A stretch of 64,000 bases of DNA from Polyangiaceae bacterium (GCA_044376115.1 JBILLK010000012.1:96001-160000); one strand, 5' to 3'. Positions 17,905 to 29,187 are shown, counted from the first letter of the stretch. The notes: generated by a model from the letters alone, not told the origin. Program-made: numbers and translations.

Positions 17905-18678
17905 TCAAAGACAAACGGGGCAGCCGCACGAGATGCCCTCGGGAACATCGGAGCAAACGGTGAACGGGTCAACGCAAGCAGCCGCCGCCAAACAATCACA
18001 ACTAACCGTGTCACACGGGCCAGGATCGACGCAGTGGTAGCTCGGATTGTGAGCTACGAGAGCGACGCAGGTCGAAGCTGCACTACAGTCTTCACACGCC
18101 GTGACATCGGCGCACTCTTGCTCGGGTAGGCAGCCGCCCCAGCAGCCGTTGACCACACTCGGTTGCTGGCCCGCGGGACATTCTGGCTTGGGTGTGAGAC
18201 ATACAGTTTGAGCGCCGTCACACGAGAAAGACGTCACACACTGCCCAGCCGAGCAACGCGCAGTCGGCGGAGGCTCTGCCGGCCCGACTGCGGTGCAAGC
18301 GGATATCACGCACGCCAGATCACACTCCGGCTCAGTTGCCGAGTTGGGGATACCCGAACACTCACAGCAGTTGTCGACCAACTTGCAATCGGCATCCTCA
18401 GCGCACTCCGCAACAGCGGGTCCGGCTCCGCTTCCGCCGCCGCCGCTGGCTGCGCCTCCCAAGCCACCAGTGCCACCAGTGCCACCCGCTCCGCCGGCGC
18501 CCGCTGCGCCACCGCCAACGCTCGCGGTCCCGCCATCACCGCCTGCGCCGCCTCCCCCGGTCATGGCTCCACCGCCGCCAGCCCCTCCACCCGCGCTGCC
18601 GCCGGCTCCGCTTCCGCCTGAGCCATCATCTCCGCAGCCAAGTAGCGCCAGCATGCAAACCAAGCCAATTCGTTTCAT
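17905..18678 (-). CDS. Cys-rich myxobacterial lipoprotein
   Basis: GGAGG RBS, MKRIGLVCMLALLGC lipobox, Gly-rich linker, about 28 Cys. Confidence 0.85.
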   Translation of the reverse strand: MKRIGLVCMLALLGCGDDGSGGSGAGGSAGGGAGGGGAMTGGGGAGGDGGTASVGGGAAGAGGAGGTGGTGGLGGAASGGGGSGAGPAVAECAEDADCKLVDNCCECSGIPNSATEPECDLACVISACTAVGPAEPPPTARCSAGQCVTSFSCDGAQTVCLTPKPECPAGQQPSVVNGCWGGCLPEQECADVTACEDCSAASTCVALVAHNPSYHCVDPGPCDTVSCDCLAAAACVDPFTVCSDVPEGISCGCPVCL

Positions 18679-18739
18679 CGGAGCCTCCAAGAAAAGGGCC
18701 CGCACGCTAGCACTGCTCGAGGCGAGTCACCATCATGCG

Positions 18740-20263
18740 CTAGACGGCGCCTCGCTCTGAAACCACCTCCGAGCCAGACCCCGAATCGGGCGCCGAATCA
18801 GGAGAGGATGGCGTTCGAAAAGGCTCGATCACAGGCAACAGCCGCTGCCTCGACCTCGGAGCAACGTCGACCGCGTCACGCGGGAAGAAGATGCAAACCT
18901 CAGTACCGGCGCCACGCTCACTGCGGATAGTCAAGCGCCCATGGTGAGCATCGACGACCCTCGAAACGATCGCCAGCCCAAGCCCGGTACCGGTCGGCCG
19001 AGTGGTAAAGAACGGGTCCAGAGCGCGCTTGCGGACCACCGTATCCATCCCTTCGCCGGTATCACGAATTGTGACGTTGACCCCTTCGGTCGACCTGGAG
19101 GCCCGCACGGTGACCTGAAGGCTACCGCCAGCTCCCATCGCCTGAACCGCGTTGTGAAGCACGTTATCAATCGCTTGTCGCACCAGCACGGCGTCTCCTC
19201 GCACCCGCGGGGGCTTGGCCTGCACAATCAGCTCGACCTCGACGCTTGGCGACTCGCGAATATGGGAAACGGCTCGCTCAACGATCTCAGCGACATCGAC
19301 GCTCTGATCGGCCACGGAGAGGGGCCGCGCATAATGCAGTAAGTCACCGACGATGCGGTTGAGCCGGGTTGTCTCCTCGGTCAGGATTGCGAAGAGCGTG
19401 TCCAGTTGTTGGCGGTCGGAGGAGCCCTTCTTGAGCGCGCTCACGGCGTTCATGATGATGGCGAGGGGATTTCTCACCTCGTGCGCAATGACGGCAGCCA
19501 GCTCTCCAACAGCGGCCAACTGCTCCTTACGTACGAGCTCGTCCTGTCGTACCCGCAGCGCTCGGAAGGACTCGGATACTGACTCTGAACGAGTGCGAAT
19601 TTCATCACGCTCGGTGCGCACCTGCTCACCCAGGAGCGCCACGCGCGCGATGTGACCACCAAAGAAAGCGACAGCAAACGCGGCGAAACCAGCGTGCGTC
19701 GTGGGTACATGCGCAATGCCGATCGCTGCGATCACGGCGTCATAGACCGCACAGGCCGCAAGCAAGAGCCCGCCCACAAATGCGAACGGCCCCAAGGCGA
19801 TCTCATGCTTCATGACCTCGCCAATTCGCAGCACCATAAAGATCACGATTGCCGCAAACACCACGGCACCGAGTCGCCCCAAAAGCGTCGGCGGTCCCTC
19901 CGGATCCAACTGCCCCGCGAGCGCGAGCCCCATGAACACCAACACCAAGAGCACGCCTATGAGTGAGCGCTTGCGCGGCAACCGACCTTGGTTGTGTTGA
20001 CGAAAATAATCGATAATCAGCGGGGGCACCGCGAATGCGCTGGCCAGCGATATGCGACATAGAATGTCCGCAACCTGTCCGCTCGATAGCAGCTCGAACG
20101 CCTCCGTGGCGGTCGACAACGAGAGCACCCCACACAATCGTACGAGAGCGAGTCCGCCTGGCTCGGCCTTCGGTCGACTCGCCGCCCACCAGCAGAACAC
20201 CGCGACAATGGCGTGCAGCATCGCCCAGCAGAAGAGAAAACCCGCAAAGACCTGAAGGCTCAA
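18740..20263 (-). CDS. Multi-TM sensor histidine kinase
   Basis: N-terminal TM helices; H-box IAHEVRNPL; NVLHNAVQAM, DTGEGM and PFFTTRPTGTGLGL motifs. Confidence 0.92.
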   Translation of the reverse strand: MSLQVFAGFLFCWAMLHAIVAVFCWWAASRPKAEPGGLALVRLCGVLSLSTATEAFELLSSGQVADILCRISLASAFAVPPLIIDYFRQHNQGRLPRKRSLIGVLLVLVFMGLALAGQLDPEGPPTLLGRLGAVVFAAIVIFMVLRIGEVMKHEIALGPFAFVGGLLLAACAVYDAVIAAIGIAHVPTTHAGFAAFAVAFFGGHIARVALLGEQVRTERDEIRTRSESVSESFRALRVRQDELVRKEQLAAVGELAAVIAHEVRNPLAIIMNAVSALKKGSSDRQQLDTLFAILTEETTRLNRIVGDLLHYARPLSVADQSVDVAEIVERAVSHIRESPSVEVELIVQAKPPRVRGDAVLVRQAIDNVLHNAVQAMGAGGSLQVTVRASRSTEGVNVTIRDTGEGMDTVVRKRALDPFFTTRPTGTGLGLAIVSRVVDAHHGRLTIRSERGAGTEVCIFFPRDAVDVAPRSRQRLLPVIEPFRTPSSPDSAPDSGSGSEVVSERGAV

Positions 20264-20357
20264 CGGGGCCTATTGTGTCAGGACCGGAGACAAAAGACTG
20301 CAGCTTCAGCAGAGATTCGGTGGGTCGTGAGCAAGCTCGTCTGTGTAAGATGCGCCC

Positions 20358-20729
20358 GTGGCAAAACGAGAGCGCTACCTGTTCGTCTGCACCAACAGCC
20401 GCCCCCACGGCACTCCTAAAGGCTCCTGCGCAACGCGCGCTGCGGTTGAGTTGCACGCCGCCCTCAAAGCCGAGATCAACGCTCGTGGGATGAGTGGAAC
20501 CCAAGTGCGCGCCTGTACTTCGAGCTGCTTGGACGTATGCTGGGCTGGGCCCGCGATTCTCGTTGCCCCTGACAACGTGGTCTTGGGCCGCGTTACGACG
20601 GCAGACGTCACCAGCATCGTTGATGCGCTGACGAAGGACGCGCTGGAGCATCCGCTGCTGATCGGTGCCGACGACTACGATGCTAAGACGGCCGGGCCTA
20701 GCCTCCCGGAGCTTCCTCCAACCCCGTGA
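20358..20729 (+). CDS. Thioredoxin-like [2Fe-2S] ferredoxin
   Basis: LFVCTNSR...GSC...SSCLDVCWAGP...V.PDNV pattern. Confidence 0.88.
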   Translation: MAKRERYLFVCTNSRPHGTPKGSCATRAAVELHAALKAEINARGMSGTQVRACTSSCLDVCWAGPAILVAPDNVVLGRVTTADVTSIVDALTKDALEHPLLIGADDYDAKTAGPSLPELPPTP

Positions 20730-21145
20730 AGCTGCGGCTCGAGATCGAGGAGGAGCTCAGCGGCGCACTACGGACCAACCAAGGAGCGCCAGACCAAGCG
20801 ATGCACCTGGTTTTGCGCCATAGCTTGAGCTCGCGTCGGAACATCCAAACCTTGGGCGTCATCAACATTGATGGGCTTGCCACTAGCTGCCCGATCTCAG
20901 GGGCGCTCGAGCACTTCAATGGCCGCTTGAGCTATATCCTCGCCTTCAGCACCGAGCAGGATCGTTACTGCCTGCGAGCGCTCAAGCGCAGTTATTGGTC
21001 TGACCCGTATGCCGGCCTGACGATGCTTCGCGGATCGCTTTGGTCGCAAGGCCCTAAGCAAGAATCGATAGGGCAAGTGCTGCTCCGCTTCGACGCCCGC
21101 GCTTCGCTTCAAAAACTGTGGAGGAGCCTCGCTTTTCATGCGTGA
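20726..21145 (+). CDS. Hypothetical protein
   Basis: Overlaps the ferredoxin stop (GTGA) and the MTase start, indicating translational coupling. Confidence 0.7.
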   Translation: MKLRLEIEEELSGALRTNQGAPDQAMHLVLRHSLSSRRNIQTLGVINIDGLATSCPISGALEHFNGRLSYILAFSTEQDRYCLRALKRSYWSDPYAGLTMLRGSLWSQGPKQESIGQVLLRFDARASLQKLWRSLAFHA

Positions 21146-22895
21146 GCGCCTGCGCCAATGTGTCGCCGATCTACGGCTCCACTTCTCGCCGGAGGCAACG
21201 CTGCGAATCTTCGCCAACGTTTGGCTGGAGTCGCAAACCGGCCGCGAGCGGCGCCTGACCGGCGATGAGCTGACCGAGCTCGTAGTGGCGCCGCTGCCAT
21301 TCAGTGGGCCCTGCCCGCAACCGAAGAGGCCCGCCCTCAACCTGCACATACCGACCCCAACTGAACCTGCGCAGCTGAGCGCGTGGCTCGGCGACGTCTA
21401 CCAGGTTCTGCTAAGCGAACGCGATGAACGGCGAGCGCGCGGCGCTCATCACACAGACCCTGCACTCGCTCGCGAGGTCGTTGAGCGGACCCTCGTTCCG
21501 TTGTTCGCGGCTACGCAGTCGCGCACCATGATCGTCTGTGATCCAGCGGTTGGTAGTGGGGTCTTTTTGGTCGAGGCAGCGCACACGCTCAGACGGCTTA
21601 TGCGAAGGCCAGTCCACGAGATCGTCGCTCATTCGTTGCGCGGTGTGGACATCGATCCGGGCGCAGTCTTCTGCGCGCGCTTGGGGCTCTTTGCGCTCTC
21701 GGATCGGACGCGTAAGTCGATAAGTGCCATTGAGCGGTCGGTGGTGGTTGGGGACTTCGTTACCGCGGATCCGTTTGCCGGGGAGATCGATGCCTACGTT
21801 GGAAACCCGCCGTGGATCGCGTACAAGGGCCGCGCCGCCGAGCCGCTGCCTCGCGCTCGCGCCGAGTATCTGAAGAAGAGCTGTGAGGCGTTCGCGGGCT
21901 ATCCAACCTTGCACGGCGTCTTCGTCGAGCGCTGCGCGGCGCGCCTCACCGCCTCGGGTCGACTCGGGCTAATCGTACCCACCTCGATGGCCGACCTCGC
22001 CGGATATGCTCCTACGCGAAGAGCGCATGACCGCCATTGCCAGGTAGATCCGTCGCTAACCGACTATGGGGCGCACGCGTTTGCAGGCGTCTTTCAACCC
22101 GCCATGGCCTTGCACTCCACCAAGCGCGCTTGCAAGGTTGAGCCGGGCTCGGACGAATGGGCTCTTACGCGCGAGGACGTCGACCTTGTGACAATGGCGC
22201 TGCTGGACCGAACCAAACGAATGCCCCGGGTTCCAGGCGCTTCTTTTGGTGAGCGTGGTATCCAAACCACCGCAGCGGATAAGCCCCGGATGGCCAAAGA
22301 GCGGAGCGGGCGTTTCTCGCAACCCCTTCTATCGGGTACGGAGGTTCGGCCTTTTCAGCTGCTTCCGCCGCAGCTCTTCGTTGCGCCCAAAGACTTCGCG
22401 ACGCGACTACGAAGCGAAGATGACTGGCGCGAGGTCGACGTACTGATCCGCCAAACAGCGCGCTTTCCGATGGCGGCGATGAGCAGCGGGGCACCGTTTC
22501 GCAACTCCGTTTTGGCTGGCTTCAGCCGTGAGCCCTTCTCGAGCGCCGGGCTCATTGCCTTCCTTAACTCGAACGTCGTGCGCTTCCTTCACTATCAACG
22601 CTTCCGCGACGCCCGCCAAGGTATGCCACAGCTCAAGATTGGGCATCTGCGCAGCCTGCCGCTTCCATCCACGAGCCAGAGCTTCTTTGGGGCCCTCGAT
22701 CGTATTGGCCTTCAACTCTTGCACTCAGCACACGATACCGAAGCGATGAGGCAACTTGACGCACTCGTTGCAGCAGCGTTCGAGCTCACTGAAGCGGAGC
22801 AGCAGCGAGTACGGCTTTGGGCCCAAGACCTCGGGCGAGTACCGACGGCCCGCGCTTTGACGAACAAGAACCAGATTGCTAAGTCTGACCCATGA
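21138..22895 (+). CDS. N6-adenine DNA methyltransferase (gamma class, Eco57I/TaqI-like), no nuclease domain
   Basis: LGDVYQ...RRARGAHHT, motif I DPAVGSGVFL, GVDID, motif IV GNPPW, GRLGLIVP, and a TaqI_C-like LNSNVVRF...PQLKIGHLRSLPLP. Confidence 0.85.
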   Translation: MRERLRQCVADLRLHFSPEATLRIFANVWLESQTGRERRLTGDELTELVVAPLPFSGPCPQPKRPALNLHIPTPTEPAQLSAWLGDVYQVLLSERDERRARGAHHTDPALAREVVERTLVPLFAATQSRTMIVCDPAVGSGVFLVEAAHTLRRLMRRPVHEIVAHSLRGVDIDPGAVFCARLGLFALSDRTRKSISAIERSVVVGDFVTADPFAGEIDAYVGNPPWIAYKGRAAEPLPRARAEYLKKSCEAFAGYPTLHGVFVERCAARLTASGRLGLIVPTSMADLAGYAPTRRAHDRHCQVDPSLTDYGAHAFAGVFQPAMALHSTKRACKVEPGSDEWALTREDVDLVTMALLDRTKRMPRVPGASFGERGIQTTAADKPRMAKERSGRFSQPLLSGTEVRPFQLLPPQLFVAPKDFATRLRSEDDWREVDVLIRQTARFPMAAMSSGAPFRNSVLAGFSREPFSSAGLIAFLNSNVVRFLHYQRFRDARQGMPQLKIGHLRSLPLPSTSQSFFGALDRIGLQLLHSAHDTEAMRQLDALVAAAFELTEAEQQRVRLWAQDLGRVPTARALTNKNQIAKSDP

Positions 22896-23449
22896 AGAGA
22901 GTTGAGCCGGCCTCGTCGCTCCTGCTGATCGTGGACATTCAGGAGAAGCTCGCCCGCGCGATGCCCGAGCAAGGGCTCGAAGAACTTAAGCGAGCCGCTA
23001 AGATCCTGTGCGAGTCGGCAGCCGCGCTCGGGGTACCAACGCTGGCTACAGAACAGTACCCCGCGGGGCTTGGGCCCACTCTACCCGAGCTCTCACAGGC
23101 CCTCTCAAACCTTGGTACGCAGGTATTGCCGAAGGTCGAGTTTAGCGCCGTTGAGGCACCAGGCTTCAATGCAGCCTTCTCGAAGTTCCCTGTTCGCTCC
23201 GTCATTGTGATCGGAATGGAGACCCACGTCTGCGTATTCCAAACGGTTCGTGAGCTTTCCCTACGCGGGCTCGACGTGCACGTTCCGTTCGACGGTGTGC
23301 TATCGCGGCGCGACGATCATAAACAGGTTGGTATCGAGCTATGCCGGCGCGCAGGCGCGACCGTGACGAGCGCAGAGACGCTCGCCTTCGACTGGCTGCG
23401 CGTGGCCAGCGGGGACGCGTTCAAGCGCATCTCCAAGGTCGTACGTTGA
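22892..23449 (+). CDS. Isochorismatase family hydrolase (YcaC/ISOC-like)
   Basis: LLIVDIQEKL, TEQYPAGLGPT, K.EFSA, GMETHVCVFQT. Confidence 0.92.
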   Translation: MKRVEPASSLLLIVDIQEKLARAMPEQGLEELKRAAKILCESAAALGVPTLATEQYPAGLGPTLPELSQALSNLGTQVLPKVEFSAVEAPGFNAAFSKFPVRSVIVIGMETHVCVFQTVRELSLRGLDVHVPFDGVLSRRDDHKQVGIELCRRAGATVTSAETLAFDWLRVASGDAFKRISKVVR

Positions 23450-23453
23450 TCGC

Positions 23454-23939
23454 TTAACCGTATTGACGGCCAAGCAAGCCGCAAATGCGCTCTAGCCCTT
23501 GCTGATCGATAGCAGAGAAGGCGGCCGGGTCATCCGAATCAACGTCAAGCACCGCGAGCAGTTTCCCCGTTGGAGCGATCACAGGCACGACAATCTCGCT
23601 CTCGGTGGAGGAAGCGCAGGCGATATGACCTGGAAACTCATGCACGTTGGGCACCAGCACAGTGCGCTGCTCACGGGCGGATGCGCCGCAAACGCCGCGA
23701 GCGAACGGGATCCGCAGACAACCGTGACCACCCTGATAGGGGCCTATCACGAGCAGCTCCGGCTCCATATGCCGGTAAAATCCCGTCCAATCGAAGTAGG
23801 CAAACGCTGTATGCAGCTCGCATACGGTGGTGGCCATCGCGGCCACCCAATCAGCTTCGCCCTCGAGGATCGTGGCCACGCTCTGGTAGACGCGCTCATA
23901 GGCTTGCTCGCGTTCCTCAGCGCTCGCTGAACGACTCAC
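23454..23939 (-). CDS. msrC: GAF-domain free methionine-R-sulfoxide reductase-like protein
   Basis: WTGFY, IGPYQG..GCLRIPFARGVCG, FPGHIAC, SEIVVP, VLDVDS. The true start is near 23939-23945; the ORF-track N-terminus overlaps the upstream gene. Confidence 0.85.
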   Translation of the reverse strand: MSRSASAEEREQAYERVYQSVATILEGEADWVAAMATTVCELHTAFAYFDWTGFYRHMEPELLVIGPYQGGHGCLRIPFARGVCGASAREQRTVLVPNVHEFPGHIACASSTESEIVVPVIAPTGKLLAVLDVDSDDPAAFSAIDQQGLERICGLLGRQYG

Positions 23940-23946
23940 GCACACT

Positions 23947-25329
23947 TCACTCTTCACGGGGCTTGCCTTCCTCTTCTCCCAACTTGCGATAGATGGTCCT
24001 CGTCGAGATCCCCAAGAGCTGCGCCGCCACACTCTTGTCTCCCTTGGCATGCCGGAGCGTCTCGCGAATGAGCCGGCGCTCGACTTCATCGAGCGGGGTA
24101 CCAACTCCGAAGGTGATCGTACTATCGGTCGAGTTCTCGTTCTCGACGATCGTCTCGGGGAGGTCCTCCAAGCGCAGGGTGTCGCTTCGACACAAAACGA
24201 CGGCCCGCTCGACGACATTCTCGAGCTCACGAACATTGCCCGGCCAGGAGTAGCCCGCCATCTTTTGCAGCGTATCCCGCGCAACGCTGAGGCGAGGCTT
24301 CGCGTTCTTCTTGCAATAGACCGTTAAAAAATGATCGACGAGCAGCGGAATGTCCTCCCGCCGAGTGCGCAAAGGAGGCGCGGTAAGCGCAATCACGTTC
24401 AATCGATAGTAGAGGTCGCTTCGAAAGCGACCTGCAGCGACCTCGCCGGCGAGATCTCGGTTGGTAGCCGTGACGATGCGTACGTCCGCCTTGTGTGGCT
24501 CTCCGCCCACCGGCTCGTACTCTCCCTCCTGCAGAACGCGCAGCAGCTTGACCTGCACCGCTGGTGAGAGTTCACCGATCTCATCGAGAAAGAGCGTACC
24601 TCCGTCGGCGCGAGCGAACCGCCCTTCACGCTTGGAGACGGCGCCTGTGAAGGCGCCCTTCTCATGACCGAACAGCTCCGCCTCCAAAATGGATTCTGGG
24701 ATGGCGGAACAATTCACAGCGACGAAGGGCTTGTCGCGACGAGAGCTGTGCTGATGGATAAACCGGGCCAGAAGCTCTTTGCCTGTACCTGACTCTCCGA
24801 GCACGAGCACGGTCGCGCTCGAGGGCGCAGCCTGTAGCGCAATGTCCAATACGCGCCGCAGCGCCGCGCTCGACCCGACGATCTCCCGACCGACGAGTAC
24901 GCTCAGCTCCTGCCGAAGTTGCCGATTCTCGAGCGTCAGGCTGCGCCGCTCAGCGGCCTTGCGCACCGTCTTGACGATGGTCATCCGCTTGAGCGGCTTC
25001 TCCACGAAGTCGTAGGCGCCATCCCGCATGGCCTGCACCGCCGCCTCGACAGTGCCGTAGGCCGTCATGAGCACCAACTCGACGTCTGGGGCTAGCTGCT
25101 TCACGGCGCGCAGCAGCTCCAAACCGCTGGTAGCCGGCATCATGACGTCGGTGAGCACGACGTCCACCGGGTGAACCCTCAGAATATCCAGCGCCTCGCG
25201 CGCATTGTGTGCGGTGAGCACCAGCATGCCGTCGCGCTGAAAGATCTTCTCGATGCTGGTGAGGTTGCTCGGTTCGTCGTCAACGACGAGCACCGTGATC
25301 GCGTTGGCTGCCGGAGATTCGCCGTTCAT
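23947..25329 (-). CDS. Sigma-54-dependent NtrC/AtoC-family response regulator
   Basis: Receiver (VVDDE, TDVMMP, EKP), [33 protein letters not shown] and a Fis HTH. Start at 25329 or 25341. Confidence 0.95.
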   Translation of the reverse strand: MNGESPAANAITVLVVDDEPSNLTSIEKIFQRDGMLVLTAHNAREALDILRVHPVDVVLTDVMMPATSGLELLRAVKQLAPDVELVLMTAYGTVEAAVQAMRDGAYDFVEKPLKRMTIVKTVRKAAERRSLTLENRQLRQELSVLVGREIVGSSAALRRVLDIALQAAPSSATVLVLGESGTGKELLARFIHQHSSRRDKPFVAVNCSAIPESILEAELFGHEKGAFTGAVSKREGRFARADGGTLFLDEIGELSPAVQVKLLRVLQEGEYEPVGGEPHKADVRIVTATNRDLAGEVAAGRFRSDLYYRLNVIALTAPPLRTRREDIPLLVDHFLTVYCKKNAKPRLSVARDTLQKMAGYSWPGNVRELENVVERAVVLCRSDTLRLEDLPETIVENENSTDSTITFGVGTPLDEVERRLIRETLRHAKGDKSVAAQLLGISTRTIYRKLGEEEGKPREE

Positions 25330-25377
25330 TGATTGGGTCACGATAACCCTTAAAAGGGCGAGCTTGTTCCCCTTCTT

Positions 25378-28300
25378 CTACGGTTCGTAAGCGAGGTTGG
25401 GCCCCAGCCAGCGCTCGACCTCGGCGGGCGTCATCTGCTTGCGCTGAGCATAGTCTGCCACTTGGTCCTTATCGATCTTGCCCAGCGTGAAGTAGCGAGC
25501 GCGTGGATGCGCAAAGTAGAGGCCGCTCACGCTCGAGCCAGGCCACATCGCGAAAGACTCGGTGAGCTTCATACCGGTCGCGGCTTCCACTCCCAAGAGC
25601 TGCCATAGCGTTCCCTTCTCCGTGTGGTCAGGGCAGGCCGGGTAACCAGCGGCCGGGCGAATACCGCGATATTTCTCCTCGATCAGCTCGGCCGGAGCCA
25701 GGCCCTCATCACGGCCAAAGCCCCAATCCACGCGCGCCCGCTGATGCAAATACTCGGCAAAAGCCTCGGCTAGACGGTCGGCGAGCGCCTCGGCCATGAT
25801 TGCATTGTAGTCATCGTTCTCCGCTCGGAACTTCTTCACCACGGCCTCTAGCCCGAGCCCGCTGGTGACCGCGAAAGCTCCTAGGTAATCGGCGAGCCCG
25901 CTAGAGCGCGGCGCGACGAAGTCCGCGAGGCAGTGACTGGGCTCATTGGGCTTCGCAGCTTGTTGCCGGAGAAAGTGGAAGCGCGCGAGTTCGGTCGTGC
26001 GCGAAGAATCGCTGAACAAGACCACATCATCCTGTTCTGCGTTGGCGGGAAAGAGGCCGTACACCCCCTTTGCTTGCAACATCTCCCTCGCCACAATCTG
26101 GTCCAAAAGCTCATTTGCCTCGGCGAACAGCTTACGTGCTTGCTCGCCATAAACGGCGTGCTCGAAGATCCGGGGGTATACGCCTTTGAGCTCCCAAGTG
26201 TGGAAGAACGGCGTCCAATCGATGAAGGGTCGCAGTTGCGAGAGCGGCACCTCCACGTGGGTAATACCGCTTCGCTCTGGCACGGCGACCTCAGCCGCTG
26301 ACCAATCCCATTGAGGCTTATTCAATCGAGCCGCGACCAGCGAGTTCAGCGTCTGCTTATGACCAGAGTGGATGCGCCGCAAACCCTCATAGTCCGCTCG
26401 ATGTTGACTTACGAACGCCGGCTTTGCATCGTCGCTCAGTAGGCTCGTGGTAACCGGAACGGCGCGACTCGCGTCGAGGACGTGAACGACGGGCTCGCTG
26501 TAGTGCGGAGCGATCTTTACTGCTGTATGCGCCCGACTCGTCGTGGCCCCCCCGATTAGTAGGGGAAGCTTGAACCCTTGGCGCTCCATCTCGCGAGCCA
26601 CGTGAACCATCTCGTCCAGTGAAGGCGTGATCAACCCGGATAGGCCGATCAGATCCGCGTTGACCTCCTTGGCCTTAGCAAGGATCTTCTCGCAGGGCAC
26701 CATCACACCCATGTCGATTACGTCGTAGTTGTTGCAAGCTAGAACGACGCCAACGATGTTTTTGCCGATGTCGTGAACGTCGCCTTTCACGGTCGCCAGC
26801 ACCACTCGACCCTGGGTTTTGACCTCCTGACCCGCCGCGGCCATCGCAGCCTTCTCCTCCTCCATGAAGGGTGTGAGGTAGGCCACGGCTTTCTTCATCA
26901 CCCGCGCCGACTTGACGACCTGCGGCAAGAACATCTTTCCTGCGCCGAAGAGGTCGCCCACCACGCTCATGCCGTCCATCAGCGGCCCCTCGATGACGGA
27001 GAGCGGTTTTCCGAGCTTGGCGCGCGCCTCTTCAGTATCAGTGTCAATGTAGCTATCGATCCCCTTGACCAGCGCGTGGGTCAGCCGCTCTTCGACCGTA
27101 CCTTTGCGCCACTCTTCTTCCTTCTTCTCACTGGCGGCGGCGCCCGAGGCTGCAGACTTCAGTCGCTCGCCAAAGTCGACGAGCCGTTCCGTCGCATCCG
27201 GCCGGCGATTCAAGAGGACGTCTTCCACCAGGGCTCGCAGCTCTGGCGCGATCTCCTCGTACACTTCGAGCATGCCGGCGTTGACGATGCCCATATCCAT
27301 GCCGGCCGCGATTGCGTGGTAGAGGAAGGCAGAGTGCATGGCCTCCCGGACGTGATTGTTACCGCGGAAGCTGAACGATACGTTGGAGACCCCGCCGCTC
27401 ACTTTGGCGTGCGGTAGATTCTGCTTTATCCAACGGGTTGCCTCGATGAAGTCGACTGCGTAGTTATTGTGCTCTTCGATCCCAGTCGCCACAGTGAGGA
27501 TGTTGGGATCAAAAATGATGTCTTCCGGGGGAAAGCCTTCTGCAACCAGGATGTCGTACGCACGCTTGCAGATGCGAATCTTGTCTTGGAAGCTAGCGGC
27601 CTGACCCTGTTCATCGAAGGCCATGACCACCACAGCCGCGCCGTATTGCATTATCGTGCGCGCGCACTCGCGAAACTTGTCCTCACCTTCTTTGAGTGAG
27701 ATCGAATTCACGATGCCCTTGCCCTGCAAACACTTGAGCCCGGCGACAATCACCTCCCACTTGGAGGAATCAATCATGAACGGGACCTTGGCGACCTCTG
27801 GTTCACTACCTAATAGCGAGAGGAAGCGCGCCATCGCCGTGGGCCCATCGATCATGCCTTCATCCATGCAGATGTCGATGACGTTGGCGCCGTTATCGAC
27901 CTGCTGACGGGCTACCGAGACAGCCTCCTCGTATTTACCCTCCTTGATCAACTTTGCGAACTTGGGAGACCCGGCGACGTTGGTGCGCTCGCCAATCATC
28001 ATGAAGATACCGGGCTGCTGCGTGAACGGCAGCGAGCCCGAGAGACGAAGTGGGCGCTCTGACTTCGCTGTCTCGACTTCGGGCGTGCGCGATGCAACCT
28101 CACCTCCGAGGGAAAGCGCTCTAGCTGGCATGTCGCGGAGCGCCTGTGCGATGGCGCGAACGTGCTCTGGCGTGTTACCGCAGCAGCCGCCGGCGATATT
28201 GACCAGACGGTTCTGCGCGAACTCACCGAGATACCGCCCCATATCTGCCGGCTCGAGGTCAAAGCCAGTTGCAGATAGTGGGTTAGGCAGGCCGGCGTTG

Positions 28301-29181
28301 GGGTAACACGAGATAGCGACCTCAGCCTTCTCCGACAATTCCTGCAAGAAGGGAAACATCAGGTCGGGACCCAATGAACAGTTGAGGCCGATGGATAGTG
28401 GCTTGACGTGGCGAACGGCATTCCAGAGAGCTTCCACCGTCTGCGCCGATATCATCGTCTCTCCTCCGCGACCGACGGCAGCCGAGACCATGATCGGCAG
28501 CTTGATTTGGTCTTTGGCGAAGACCTCTTCAATCGCGACCAACGCAGCCTTGGCATTGAGCGAATCGAAGATCGTCTCGACCAACAGGACATCGGAGCCA
28601 CCAGCGATGAGCGCCCTCACCTGCCTGACGTACGCGGCCTTGACCTGATCGAAGGTGACGACACGAAAGCCTGCGTCGTCTGCATCAGGCGAGTTCGACA
28701 AGGAGACCGTCAGCGGCCCGATGGCACCAGCGACATAGCGCCGAACGCCGTCCTTCTGCGCTACCTGCTCGGCCACTTGGCGACACTGCCGAGCCGACTG
28801 CTCGTTGATCTCCCAGGCCAGGCCGTCGAGGAACGGGTCATCGATAATCTTCTGGTAGAAGTCCGGGTCCTTGCGCCCACCATGCTCGCGCGGATCGTCC
28901 ACGAAGAATTCGCTCTGCGTGATGCTGGTCGCGCCGAACGTGTTGGTCTCGATGATGTCGGCTCCTGCCTCCAAGAACCTACGATGGATGTCGCAGATCA
29001 TGTCCGGCTGGGTCAGCGAGAAAAGGTCCCCATTGTTGAGCAGGTCTTTGCGGCTGTCCTTGAAGCGCTCTCCACGAATATCGGCCTCTTTCATGCCGTA
29101 GGTGCGAATCGTCGTGCCCATCGCGCCGTCGATGATCACGATCCGTTCCGAAAGCAGCTTCTCGAGAGGGTGGAGCGACAT
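25378..29181 (-). CDS. metH: Cobalamin-dependent methionine synthase
   Basis: [22 protein letters not shown]12-binding [10 protein letters not shown]...[20 protein letters not shown]. Confidence 0.98.
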   Translation of the reverse strand: MSLHPLEKLLSERIVIIDGAMGTTIRTYGMKEADIRGERFKDSRKDLLNNGDLFSLTQPDMICDIHRRFLEAGADIIETNTFGATSITQSEFFVDDPREHGGRKDPDFYQKIIDDPFLDGLAWEINEQSARQCRQVAEQVAQKDGVRRYVAGAIGPLTVSLSNSPDADDAGFRVVTFDQVKAAYVRQVRALIAGGSDVLLVETIFDSLNAKAALVAIEEVFAKDQIKLPIMVSAAVGRGGETMISAQTVEALWNAVRHVKPLSIGLNCSLGPDLMFPFLQELSEKAEVAISCYPNAGLPNPLSATGFDLEPADMGRYLGEFAQNRLVNIAGGCCGNTPEHVRAIAQALRDMPARALSLGGEVASRTPEVETAKSERPLRLSGSLPFTQQPGIFMMIGERTNVAGSPKFAKLIKEGKYEEAVSVARQQVDNGANVIDICMDEGMIDGPTAMARFLSLLGSEPEVAKVPFMIDSSKWEVIVAGLKCLQGKGIVNSISLKEGEDKFRECARTIMQYGAAVVVMAFDEQGQAASFQDKIRICKRAYDILVAEGFPPEDIIFDPNILTVATGIEEHNNYAVDFIEATRWIKQNLPHAKVSGGVSNVSFSFRGNNHVREAMHSAFLYHAIAAGMDMGIVNAGMLEVYEEIAPELRALVEDVLLNRRPDATERLVDFGERLKSAASGAAASEKKEEEWRKGTVEERLTHALVKGIDSYIDTDTEEARAKLGKPLSVIEGPLMDGMSVVGDLFGAGKMFLPQVVKSARVMKKAVAYLTPFMEEEKAAMAAAGQEVKTQGRVVLATVKGDVHDIGKNIVGVVLACNNYDVIDMGVMVPCEKILAKAKEVNADLIGLSGLITPSLDEMVHVAREMERQGFKLPLLIGGATTSRAHTAVKIAPHYSEPVVHVLDASRAVPVTTSLLSDDAKPAFVSQHRADYEGLRRIHSGHKQTLNSLVAARLNKPQWDWSAAEVAVPERSGITHVEVPLSQLRPFIDWTPFFHTWELKGVYPRIFEHAVYGEQARKLFAEANELLDQIVAREMLQAKGVYGLFPANAEQDDVVLFSDSSRTTELARFHFLRQQAAKPNEPSHCLADFVAPRSSGLADYLGAFAVTSGLGLEAVVKKFRAENDDYNAIMAEALADRLAEAFAEYLHQRARVDWGFGRDEGLAPAELIEEKYRGIRPAAGYPACPDHTEKGTLWQLLGVEAATGMKLTESFAMWPGSSVSGLYFAHPRARYFTLGKIDKDQVADYAQRKQMTPAEVERWLGPNLAYEP

Positions 29182-29187
29182 ATCTAT

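Noticed and set aside
21138..22895. Complete restriction-modification or BREX/DISARM system
   Set aside because: No nuclease, helicase, PglZ or specificity subunit recognisable nearby.
23946..24284. Long N-terminal extension of the GAF ORF
   Set aside because: Out-of-frame overlap with the NtrC-type gene's 3' end.
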